A DNA stretch of 32,000 bases, taken from positions 4,890,001-4,922,000 of the forward strand of contig LT962688.1 of assembly GCA_900234795.1 (NCBI GenBank). Direction: 5' to 3'. Shown here one piece after another: positions 25,090 through 32,000 of this stretch (position 1 is the stretch's first letter; the number at the start of each line of letters is the position of its first letter). The stretch is from Methylorubrum extorquens. GTDB taxonomy: Bacteria > Pseudomonadota > Alphaproteobacteria > Rhizobiales > Beijerinckiaceae. The notes below the pieces were generated by a model. That model made no database searches, had not been told where the DNA came from, and saw only the letters and a list, made by a program, of their open reading frames with translations. The translations under genes and the position numbers were made by a program.

Positions 25090-25254
25090 ATGGACAAGCA
25101 GAACGGCGACGACCGCGAGACGGATCGGGAGCGCCAGGACGGGCACAAGCCCGCCAACAGCGCCCCCGATGCGGTCAAGGATCCCAACGAGAAGACCGAC
25201 GGAAAGCCCGGCGCGCCGGCACAGGGCGACGAGACCGATCCGGGAGCGGGTTGA
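25090..25254 (+). CDS. Small hydrophilic disordered protein (54 aa), below the ORF-track length cutoff
   Basis: AGAGGGA precedes ATG 25090, and the stop is TGA 25252..25254. My translation is MDKQNGDDRETDRERQDGHKPANSAPDAVKDPNEKTDGKPGAPAQGDETDPGAG. Third positions are mostly G/C. Confidence 0.4.
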   Translation: MDKQNGDDRETDRERQDGHKPANSAPDAVKDPNEKTDGKPGAPAQGDETDPGAG

Positions 25255-25281
25255 CCGCGCCCCCGGTGCGGCCTTGCCGGC

Positions 25282-26526
25282 TCAGGCGGCCTGCCGGGGT
25301 TCCTCGTCCAGCAGCTCGTCGGCGGGGCCGAAGAACTCGAACCGGACCCGCTCCGCCGGGACACCGGCACGGGCCAGCCCGTTGGCCAGAGCGGCCAGGA
25401 AGGGCTTGGGTCCGCAGAGGTAGTAGGTCGCACGCTCCGAGGGGGTGTTCGCAACGAGCCACTCGGCCGTGATCAGCCCCTCGCGGTCGAAATCTTCGCC
25501 GGGCCGATCCTGCGGCTCCGGTTCCGCGTAGACGATGTGGGCCGACAGGGATGCTTGGTTCGCAACAAGGCCGCGTACATGCTCGCGCATGGCGTGAACC
25601 CGCCCGTTCAGGGCACCGTGGACGAACCAAGCCGGGCGCTCGGGCGTCTCCGCCGCGATGCTCTCCAGCATGCTGACCATCGGCGTCAGGCCGACGCCGC
25701 CGCTGACCAGAACCACCGGCTCGGCGCTCTCCCGGTCGAGGAAGAAGTCGCCCGCGGGTGCGGCGACCTTCAGCACAGTTCCGGCCTTCGCTTCCGCGTG
25801 CAGCCAGTTCGAGACGAGGCCGGCCGGATGCGCCGTTGCGGCTTCGCGCTTGACGGTGATGCGGTAGGCGCGATCGTTCGGTGCGCAGGAGATCGAGTAG
25901 TTCCGCTTCAGCACGCCCCGGCCCGGCAGGTCGACGAGGAAGCCGAGATACTGCCCCGGCTCGTGACGCAGCACCGGGCCGCCGTCAGCGGGGACCAGCA
26001 CGAACGACCGGATCGTCTCGCTTTCCGGGGTGACGCTCTCGACCACGAAGTCGCGCCAGCCGTTCCATCCACCGGTCTTGGTCGCCTGATCCCGGTAGAT
26101 CGTCGCCTCGCGGCCGATCAGCAGCTCCGCCAGGAACCAGTACGCCTCGCCCCAGGCCGTGATGATCTCAGGGGTCGCGGCCTCGCCGAGCACATCGCGG
26201 ATCGCCGCGAGCAGGGCGTCGGCGACGTGAGGATAGTGCTCCGGCAGGATGTTGAGCGCGGCATGCTTCTGGGCGATGCGCTCCACCGCGCTCGTCAGCA
26301 CGCCGAGGTTGTCGATGTTGCGGGCATAGGCCAGAACGGCGAGGGCAAGGGCCTTGGGCTGCGAGCCGGTCTCGCCGTGATGCGACTGGTTGAAGAGGTC
26401 GCGGATCTCCACGTTCTCGAACAGGCGCTCGTACATGCGCCGGGTGATGGCGAGCCCGTGCGTTTCGAGAGCCGGGACGGTGGCTTTGACGGTGGCGACG
26501 GTTTGGGGCGAGAGCGGTGCGGGCAT
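25282..26526 (-). CDS. hmp: Flavohemoprotein (nitric oxide dioxygenase)
   Basis: The globin N-terminus is MPAPLSPQTVATVKATVPALETHG...IAQKHAAL, followed by an FAD/NAD reductase module (RNYSIS, VLVSGGVGLTPM, YLCGPKPF). I prefer the start at 26526 over 26553 or 26586, because codons between them have low GC3 and the E. coli Hmp N-terminus aligns here. Confidence 0.9.
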   Translation of the reverse strand: MPAPLSPQTVATVKATVPALETHGLAITRRMYERLFENVEIRDLFNQSHHGETGSQPKALALAVLAYARNIDNLGVLTSAVERIAQKHAALNILPEHYPHVADALLAAIRDVLGEAATPEIITAWGEAYWFLAELLIGREATIYRDQATKTGGWNGWRDFVVESVTPESETIRSFVLVPADGGPVLRHEPGQYLGFLVDLPGRGVLKRNYSISCAPNDRAYRITVKREAATAHPAGLVSNWLHAEAKAGTVLKVAAPAGDFFLDRESAEPVVLVSGGVGLTPMVSMLESIAAETPERPAWFVHGALNGRVHAMREHVRGLVANQASLSAHIVYAEPEPQDRPGEDFDREGLITAEWLVANTPSERATYYLCGPKPFLAALANGLARAGVPAERVRFEFFGPADELLDEEPRQAA

Positions 26527-26577
26527 CGTCGGATCCAAAGGTTCATTCGACATGAATCTTTTGTCGCAGCTCTCGAA

Positions 26578-26600
26578 AAGATGCAAGTGAAATGTACCTT
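26578..26600. promoter_or_regulatory. Candidate NsrR operator in the hmp-nsrR divergent spacer
   Basis: AAGATGCAAGTGAAATGTACCTT resembles the enterobacterial NsrR box AAGATGCATTTAAAATACATCTT (recalled from memory). It lies 20 nt upstream of the nsrR ATG and 50-75 nt upstream of the hmp start candidates. Confidence 0.55.
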
Positions 26601-26620
26601 ATAGGTCGTTCGGACCCGCC

Positions 26621-27094
26621 ATGCGCCTGACCCGCTACACCGACTACGCCCTGCGGACCCTGATCTATGTCGGCCTGCGCGAGCCGAAGCAGAGTTCGAT
26701 CGCGGAGATCGCGCGCGCCTATGGAATTTCGGAGAGCCACCTCACCAAGGTGGTGCATCAACTCGGCCGGCTCGGGCTGATCCAGACGATCCGGGGACGG
26801 GGCGGGGGTTTGCGTCTCGCCAAGCCGCCGGCTGAGATCGTCGTCGGCGCCGTCGTCCGCGAGACGGAGGACGATCTCGCGCTGGTCGAGTGCTTTTCCG
26901 CAGGATCGTGCGCGATCACCGCGCCCTGTCGCCTGCGGCGGGCACTGGGTGAGGCGCTGGCGGCCTTCCTGGCGGTTCTCGACCGCTACACCCTTGCCGA
27001 CCTCCTGGGCGGAGCGGAGGGCGACGAGATCGCGCGGCTGCTCGGCCTGTCCCCACCCGCCGCAATCCCGGCGGAGGCGACGGCTCCCGAGTGA
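26621..27094 (+). CDS. nsrR: Rrf2-family NO-responsive repressor NsrR
   Basis: Contains MRLTRYTDYALRTLIYVG, IAEIARAYGISESHLTKVVHQLGRLGLIQTIRGRGGGLRLA, and the three-Cys cluster ECFSAGSCAITAPCRL. It is divergent from hmp. Confidence 0.88.
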   Translation: MRLTRYTDYALRTLIYVGLREPKQSSIAEIARAYGISESHLTKVVHQLGRLGLIQTIRGRGGGLRLAKPPAEIVVGAVVRETEDDLALVECFSAGSCAITAPCRLRRALGEALAAFLAVLDRYTLADLLGGAEGDEIARLLGLSPPAAIPAEATAPE

Positions 27095-27111
27095 GGCGGC
27101 GCCGAGATCCC

Positions 27112-28485
27112 CTACGCTGCCGCCGCCTCGACCCGGTTCCGGCCGAAGGACTTGGCGCGGTAGAGCGCGGTGTCGGCGCGCTTGAGCAGGTCGGCCGGAC
27201 CCGTATCGGTCGCGCGCCGCACGGAGACGCCGACGGAGACGGTCACGCCGATGTCGCGCGTCCCGCCGTCGATGGCGAAAGGCGTCGCCTCGATCCGGTG
27301 GCGGATGCGCTCGGCGATGGCGCGGGCATCGGGCAGTTCGGCGCCGGGCACCACCATCACGATCTCCTCGCCGCCGTAGCGGGCCAGGATGTCCATCGGC
27401 CGTACATACTGGCGGATGCGCTCGGCGAAGGCGCGCAGCACCTCGTCGCCGGCCTCGTGGCCGTAGGTGTCGTTGATCAGCTTGAAGCGGTCGATGTCGA
27501 GGAGCAGGCAGGCGAGTCCCTTCTCCTGCAAAGCCGCCTCACCGAAGACCGGCCCGAGATGGCGGTCGAGGTAGCGGCGGTTGTGCAGGCCGGTCAGGTC
27601 GTCGGTGATCGCGAGTTCCATCGAGGCATGGAGCGCCCCGCGCAGGGTCTCGGAGAAGCGCCGCCGCCGCACCTGCGTGCGCACCCGCGCGATCAGCTCG
27701 TTGCGGTCGACCGGGCGCAGCAGGTAGTCGTTGACGCCGAATTCGAGGCCGCGGGTGATGCGCGTTTTCTCGTGCATCTCGCCGAGCATGATCAGCGCCA
27801 TGCTGCGGGTCCGCTCCAGCGAGCGGAGCTGGCTGCACAGGCGCAGCCCGTCGAAGCCTTCGAGATCGAGGCTCACCAGGGCGAGGTCGAAGCCTTCCTC
27901 GGGCGCTCGCACCAGGGCGCGGTGCGGGTCGGTCTCCACGGTGACCTGATGGTGCTGGGAGAGCGCGGTGCTGATGCGGTCGATGGCGCTCGCCCGGTCC
28001 TCCACAAGGAGAATGCGCGCACCCTCGCCGGTATCGGCGGCGGCAAGAACCAGGGGGTCGGGGCCGCCGATCTCGCGCGTCTCCAGGGCGCGCGAGCGCA
28101 GTTCGTCCGTCACGGCCTTCAGCCGCACGAGGCTGCGCACCCGCGTCATCAGCGCGGTGTCGTCGATGGGCTTGGTCAGGAAGTCGTCGGCGCCCGCATC
28201 CAGGCCCCGCAGCCGGTCGGCGGGCTGATCGAGGGCGGTGACGATCACCACCGGCAGATGGGCGGTGGCGGGATTGGCCTTGAGCCGGCGGCAGACCTCG
28301 AAGCCGTCCATGCCCGGCATCATCACGTCGAGGAGAACGACGTCGCATTCGCCCTTCTCGCAAATGGCCAGGGCGTCTGGCCCATTCATCGCCACGACCA
28401 CGTCGAAATACTCGAGAGACAGTTTTGTCTCGAGCAGCCGGACGTTGGGGTAGAGATCATCCACGATCAGGACGCGAGCGGACAT
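27112..28485 (-). CDS. pleD: Response regulator diguanylate cyclase PleD (REC-REC-GGDEF)
   Basis: Has ILIVDD...DVVLLDVMMPGMDGFEV (REC1), a second degenerate REC, and a GGDEF domain with DIDRFKLINDTYGHEAGDEVL and RYGGEEIVMV. Confidence 0.9.
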   Translation of the reverse strand: MSARVLIVDDLYPNVRLLETKLSLEYFDVVVAMNGPDALAICEKGECDVVLLDVMMPGMDGFEVCRRLKANPATAHLPVVIVTALDQPADRLRGLDAGADDFLTKPIDDTALMTRVRSLVRLKAVTDELRSRALETREIGGPDPLVLAAADTGEGARILLVEDRASAIDRISTALSQHHQVTVETDPHRALVRAPEEGFDLALVSLDLEGFDGLRLCSQLRSLERTRSMALIMLGEMHEKTRITRGLEFGVNDYLLRPVDRNELIARVRTQVRRRRFSETLRGALHASMELAITDDLTGLHNRRYLDRHLGPVFGEAALQEKGLACLLLDIDRFKLINDTYGHEAGDEVLRAFAERIRQYVRPMDILARYGGEEIVMVVPGAELPDARAIAERIRHRIEATPFAIDGGTRDIGVTVSVGVSVRRATDTGPADLLKRADTALYRAKSFGRNRVEAAAA

Positions 28486-28540
28486 CGTTCCTCCGAGGCG
28501 CGGCCTTCACGACCGCGACGGCATTCAGTCCGAAGAGGTC

Positions 28541-28921
28541 TCAAGGAGCGCCGTCATCACCAATGTAACGACGGACCGTTGCCAAAAACTTCGCAACCGA
28601 GATCGGTTTGGACAAATATGCCTCGCATCCGCCTTCACGAATGCGTTCCTCGTCGCCTTTCATTGCAAAAGCGGTGATAGCGATCACAGGAATGTTACGA
28701 AGGTCGTCGTCGTCCTTGAGCCACTTTGTCACCTCCAGGCCCGAGACTTCGGGGAGCTGGATGTCCATCAGAATCAAGTCTGGGTGGTGCGCGCGCGCGA
28801 GTTCAATCGCCTCGATACCGTTGGCGGTCTTGAGGGTCGCGTAGCCGTGCGCCTCCAGCAGATCGTTGAAGAGCTTCATGTTCAGCTCGTTGTCTTCAAC
28901 GATAAGAACGGTTTTCTTCAT
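28541..28921 (-). CDS. divK: Single-domain response regulator DivK
   Basis: Contains [49 protein letters not shown], and [27 protein letters not shown]. It lies immediately upstream of pleD, as in Caulobacter. Confidence 0.9.
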   Translation of the reverse strand: MKKTVLIVEDNELNMKLFNDLLEAHGYATLKTANGIEAIELARAHHPDLILMDIQLPEVSGLEVTKWLKDDDDLRNIPVIAITAFAMKGDEERIREGGCEAYLSKPISVAKFLATVRRYIGDDGAP

Positions 28922-28998
28922 GACCTGCTCCGGCGCGGTCGCGATGGCGTTCCAACCCGTGGCCCGGCCCTCTTACTCTCTTAAACTGCTACTCGTTG

Positions 28999-29295
28999 AT
29001 GAAACGCAAACTTGATCATAGTGATGGCCCGAGCGAGCGTCTCGCGGTCGAGGTGCTCGGATGGCTCGCCGCCGACGAGGACCGGCTGTTCCGGTTCATC
29101 GTCGCCAGCGGCCTAGAGCCCGGAACGCTGCGCGAGAGCATGCACGATCATGGCTTTCTTGGTGCCGTGCTCGACCACGTCATGAGCGACGAACCGTCGC
29201 TCCTCGCCTGCGCCGAGGCGCTGGAGGTGAAACCGGAGCGGATCGCCTCCGCCTGGCAGCGCCTGCAGCCGCCGCCTTTCGATGAGGGCGGCTGA
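28999..29295 (+). CDS. DUF3572-family protein
   Basis: Contains LAVEVLGWLAADEDRLFRFIVASGLEPGTLRESMHDHGFLGAVLDHVMSDEPSLLACAEALEVKPERI, which matches my memory of the DUF3572 pattern often found near divK in alphaproteobacteria. The start is ATG 28999, or TTG 28996. Confidence 0.7.
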   Translation: MKRKLDHSDGPSERLAVEVLGWLAADEDRLFRFIVASGLEPGTLRESMHDHGFLGAVLDHVMSDEPSLLACAEALEVKPERIASAWQRLQPPPFDEGG

Positions 29296-29311
29296 GGCGT
29301 TCTGGTCCACG

Positions 29312-29938
29312 CTATCGCGCCAGCTCCCGCAGCCCGAGCCGGATCAGGGTCTTGGCCTCCACAGTGCCGGCCTCCTCGCCGAGGCCCTTCAGTGCGGCGG
29401 CGATGGCGGCTGAGGCCTGAATCTGGGCATAGCCGAGATTGACCAGGGCCGAGATCGCGTCCGCGACCGGTTGCGGCGCGGTCCTGTCCTCGACGGCGCC
29501 GGTCAGGGCGATGAGCGCCGGGTCGATGGGAGCGAAGGCGGGTGCCTTGTCCTTCAACTCCGCGACGAGGCGGGCCGCGAGGCGCGGGCCGACGCCGGGG
29601 GCGCGGGCGACGGCGCCCTTGTCGCCGGTGGCGATAGCGGTGGCGAGCTGTGCCGGCTCCAGCACCGAGAGCACGCCGAGCGCCACGCGGGTGCCGACCC
29701 CCTGCACCGTCTGGAGCAGGCGGAACCACTCCCGCTCGGCATCGACGCGGAAGCCGTAGAGGCGGATCATGTCCTCACGCACATGTGTCTCGATGGCCAG
29801 ATCCGTCGCCTCGCCGGGCTTCGGCAGACGCTGGAGGGTGCGGGCGGAGCAGTGGACGACGTAGCCGACGCCATTCACATCGAGGATGACGAAATCCTCT
29901 CCGTAGGAATCGACGATTCCCTTGAGCTTGCCGATCAT
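29312..29938 (-). CDS. ruvA: Holliday junction branch migration complex subunit RuvA
   Basis: Contains [59 protein letters not shown] and [19 protein letters not shown]. The internal ATG at 29936..29938 was chosen. Confidence 0.9.
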   Translation of the reverse strand: MIGKLKGIVDSYGEDFVILDVNGVGYVVHCSARTLQRLPKPGEATDLAIETHVREDMIRLYGFRVDAEREWFRLLQTVQGVGTRVALGVLSVLEPAQLATAIATGDKGAVARAPGVGPRLAARLVAELKDKAPAFAPIDPALIALTGAVEDRTAPQPVADAISALVNLGYAQIQASAAIAAALKGLGEEAGTVEAKTLIRLGLRELAR

Positions 29939-30024
29939 GTGAACCGTCGATCCTCGAAGGGTCCGTTGCCGCGCTTGGCCTAAGGCCATATCCGTCGTGG
30001 CGGCACAACCGACAAGGTGACCGC

Positions 30025-30666
30025 ATGAAGCGCACGCACGCCCTCGCCGCCCTCCTGCTGGCGGGTTTCGCATTCGCCGCGCCCGGCGGTCTACACGCAC
30101 AGGAGGCCGCCCAGGGAGCGCCACCCGCTCTGACCAAGGATCCGGGGCAGGTGAAGGCCGGGCGCTACCGGCTCGATCCGGCGCATGGCAAGATCACGTG
30201 GTCGATCAGCCATCTTGGCTTCTCGACCTATTACGGCCAGTTCACGGAGGTGTCGGGCGACCTCGTCCTCGATCCCGCCGCCCCGGCCAAGAGCAGCCTC
30301 TCGGTCAAGATCGGCACCGGCAGCGCCAACGGGCTCAACGACAAGCTCAACGCGCACCTCAAGCAGCCGGATTTCCTCGACGTCGGGAAGTTTCCCGAGG
30401 CGACCTTCGTCAGCACGTCGGTCGAGCCGACGAGCCCGACGACGGCGCGCGTCAACGGCACCCTGACCCTGCGCGGCGTCTCGAAGCCGGTCTCGTTCGA
30501 CGCCACCTTCAATCAAGCGGGCGTCAACCCGGTCGACAAGATCTACTCGGTCGGCTTCGATGGCTGGACGGTGATCAAGCGCTCCGAGTTCGGCGTGAAC
30601 GCCTTCCTGCCGCTGCTGGGCGACGAGGTGTCCCTCCGGTTGGAGGGCGAGTTCAAGCTTCAGTAG
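30025..30666 (+). CDS. YceI-family periplasmic polyisoprenoid-binding-like protein
   Basis: Has signal peptide [25 protein letters not shown]. Contains [38 protein letters not shown] and [14 protein letters not shown], which is the YceI pattern. Confidence 0.85.
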   Translation: MKRTHALAALLLAGFAFAAPGGLHAQEAAQGAPPALTKDPGQVKAGRYRLDPAHGKITWSISHLGFSTYYGQFTEVSGDLVLDPAAPAKSSLSVKIGTGSANGLNDKLNAHLKQPDFLDVGKFPEATFVSTSVEPTSPTTARVNGTLTLRGVSKPVSFDATFNQAGVNPVDKIYSVGFDGWTVIKRSEFGVNAFLPLLGDEVSLRLEGEFKLQ

Positions 30667-30755
30667 GAAGCGGCGAAGCGGGCCGTCGGTTTGCGGCAAC
30701 GCTTCGTTCACGATATGTGCCGTACCGGATCGATGCTCTGAAGGAGGCCGAGGCC

Positions 30756-31325
30756 ATGACCACGGACGTCCGCATCCTCGGCATCGATCCCGGCCTGCGC
30801 CGCACCGGCTGGGGTCTGATCGCGGCGCGGGGCAGCAAGCTGTCCTACCTCGCCTGCGGCGTCGTCACCTCCGATGGTGACCTGCCGCTGGCGTTGCGCC
30901 TGCGCGAGCTGCACGAGGGCCTGACCCGCATCGTCACGACCTACACGCCCGACGAGGTCTCGGTGGAGGAGACCTTCGTCAACAAGGACGCGCAGGCCAC
31001 GCTCAAGCTCGGCCATGCCCGCGCCGTGGCGCTGCTGGTGCCGGCGCTGGCCGGTCTGCCGGTGGCGGAATATGCCGCCAACCTCGTGAAGAAGACTGTG
31101 GCCGGGAACGGCCATGCGGAGAAGGTTCAGATCCAGGCGATGGTGAAGTTCCTGCTGCCGAAGGCGGAGTTCAAGCTCGCCGACGCAGCCGACGCGCTCG
31201 CCATCGCGATCACCCATGCCAGCCACCGCGGCGCCATCGCCCTCGACCGCCGCCACGCCGTGGCCGCGGGCGGGGGACCGGGCGCGGCCCGGATCGCCGC
31301 GGCGCTGGCGCGGCTCGACCGGTAA
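30756..31325 (+). CDS. ruvC: Crossover junction endodeoxyribonuclease RuvC
   Basis: Contains [60 protein letters not shown] and [20 protein letters not shown] lies upstream of ATG 30756. Confidence 0.9.
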   Translation: MTTDVRILGIDPGLRRTGWGLIAARGSKLSYLACGVVTSDGDLPLALRLRELHEGLTRIVTTYTPDEVSVEETFVNKDAQATLKLGHARAVALLVPALAGLPVAEYAANLVKKTVAGNGHAEKVQIQAMVKFLLPKAEFKLADAADALAIAITHASHRGAIALDRRHAVAAGGGPGAARIAAALARLDR

Positions 31326-31399
31326 AGTCGGACGGACCGCCGACGCGGCGCGGACGTTGACGAGGATCGGGCGACCTCCTGGCGCAACGGCTCGGCTTG

Positions 31400-31540
31400 G
31401 CGGGCCGCTCGGCGGTCTGCCCCGCGGTGACGCTCATCGTCCGGGCGGTCTTCCGAACCTGGGCGGCGGAGGTGCCGACCGTGCCGACGATGCGGCCGAC
31501 CGACGCCTCGAAGCCGTTCGGACCCGAATCTCTCCGGCCT
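31400..31540 (-). pseudogene. Possible remnant of a methyl-accepting chemotaxis protein gene (about 45 codons, no start, no signalling domain)
   Basis: The minus frame reads PNGFEASVGRIVGTVGTSAAQVRKTARTMSVTAGQTAER, with almost every third position G/C. The pattern resembles the post-HAMP segment of rhizobial MCPs (IV.TVSSAS.ELE..A.TL..TAE), recalled from memory. It lies in the ruvC-qor spacer. Confidence 0.25.
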
Positions 31541-31549
31541 GGCCCGTCT

Positions 31550-32000
31550 CTAGCCTCTGAGGTCGAGCAACACCTTGCCGACCGCCTCGCGGCGGACGAG
31601 CACGCCGAGCGCCTCCGCATAGGCGTCGAGCGCATAGACGCCGTGCACCTTCACAGTGAGTTTGCCCTCCGCCGCCCAAGCGAGCAGTTGGGCTTGGTTG
31701 GCCGCATGCGCCTCCGGCTCGCGCTCGACGAAGGCGCCCCAATGGACGCCCTGGACGTCGATGCCCTTGAGCATGATGACGTTGAGGGGGAATTTCGGGA
31801 TCTCGCCCGCGGCAAAGCCGATCACGAGGAAGCGCCCTTTCCAACCGAGCGCGCGCATGGCCGGCTCGGCGAGATCACCGCCGACCGCGTCGTAGACCAC
31901 ATCGACGCCGCGCTCGCCGGTGAGGCGCCGCAAGGCCTCGCGCAGGTTGTCCGCCTTGTAGTCGATCAGGTCGTCGGCGCCGTGGGCGCGGGCGGTCTCG
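31550..32000 (-). CDS. NADPH:quinone oxidoreductase / zinc-type alcohol dehydrogenase-like protein, C-terminal part (5' end outside the window)
   Basis: The frame stays open to position 32000 and reads ETARAHGADDLIDYKADNLREALRRLTGERGVDVVYDAVGGDLAEPAMRALGWKGRFLVIGFAAGEIPKFPLN...GKVLLDL. This is typical of the Qor/MDR family. Confidence 0.75.
   Translation of the reverse strand, partial: ETARAHGADDLIDYKADNLREALRRLTGERGVDVVYDAVGGDLAEPAMRALGWKGRFLVIGFAAGEIPKFPLNVIMLKGIDVQGVHWGAFVEREPEAHAANQAQLLAWAAEGKLTVKVHGVYALDAYAEALGVLVRREAVGKVLLDLRG

Noticed and set aside
28922-28998. CtrA box (TTAA-N7-TTAA) in the divK/DUF3572 spacer and elsewhere (TTAA at 1690, 10236, 28981)
   Set aside because: Each TTAA lacks a second half-site at N7 spacing.
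1-32000. CRISPR arrays, IS elements/transposases, integrases, toxin-antitoxin pairs, reverse transcriptases and rRNA operons
   Set aside because: I saw no regularly spaced direct repeats and no DDE, tyrosine-recombinase or RT motifs in any frame of the ORF track. The lone XRE gene has no adjacent toxin-sized partner.

Overview
This is a high-GC (about 70 percent by eye) alphaproteobacterial chromosome segment. It best fits a Methylobacterium/Methylorubrum-like member of the Hyphomicrobiales, based on divK-pleD plus DUF3572, OpgC, and prk-fbp divergent from a CbbR/QscR-like LysR gene. There are about 40 genes, and nearly all look like core genes.

Left to right they are:
- moaB
- a small TonB-C-like secreted protein
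- a large fold-I Orn/Lys/Arg decarboxylase translationally coupled to a PAT-type GNAT
- rpe-cbbY
- a glucan/exopolysaccharide modification block (OpgC, SGNH hydrolase, MOP flippase, CelD/BioF2-like GNAT)
- a small secreted Cys protein
- an MBL-fold protein with an N-terminal zinc ribbon
- yebC
- a lipase-like alpha/beta hydrolase
- cbbP(prk)-cbbF(fbp) divergent from a cbbR-like regulator
- a frameshifted ferredoxin-reductase-type flavoprotein
- an XRE regulator
- a META-domain protein
- cysK
- three consecutive small acidic disordered-protein genes
- hmp-nsrR with a recognisable NsrR box
- pleD-divK
- DUF3572
- ruvA, yceI, ruvC
- a partial quinone oxidoreductase

I found no rRNA, tRNA, CRISPR array, IS element, integrase or reverse transcriptase. 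The only clearly accessory-looking DNA is the left-most 1.6 kb. It holds a split, translationally coupled SF2-helicase-like gene pair whose operon continues out of the window, and it is separated from core genes by a 570-bp non-coding spacer.

I did not find a complete multi-gene system that I can confidently call novel. The best leads are:
1. The edge helicase module.
2. The RuBisCO-less prk-fbp/cbbR-like module, together with two frame anomalies at G-runs in the LysR and reductase genes.
3. The tricistronic cluster of small hydrophilic disordered proteins between cysK and hmp.
4. A chemoreceptor-like coding remnant next to an unusual divergent ruvA/ruvC arrangement.

All functional calls come from recognising motifs and family-typical sequence, without any database search. 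Start codons are often uncertain in this GC-rich DNA.
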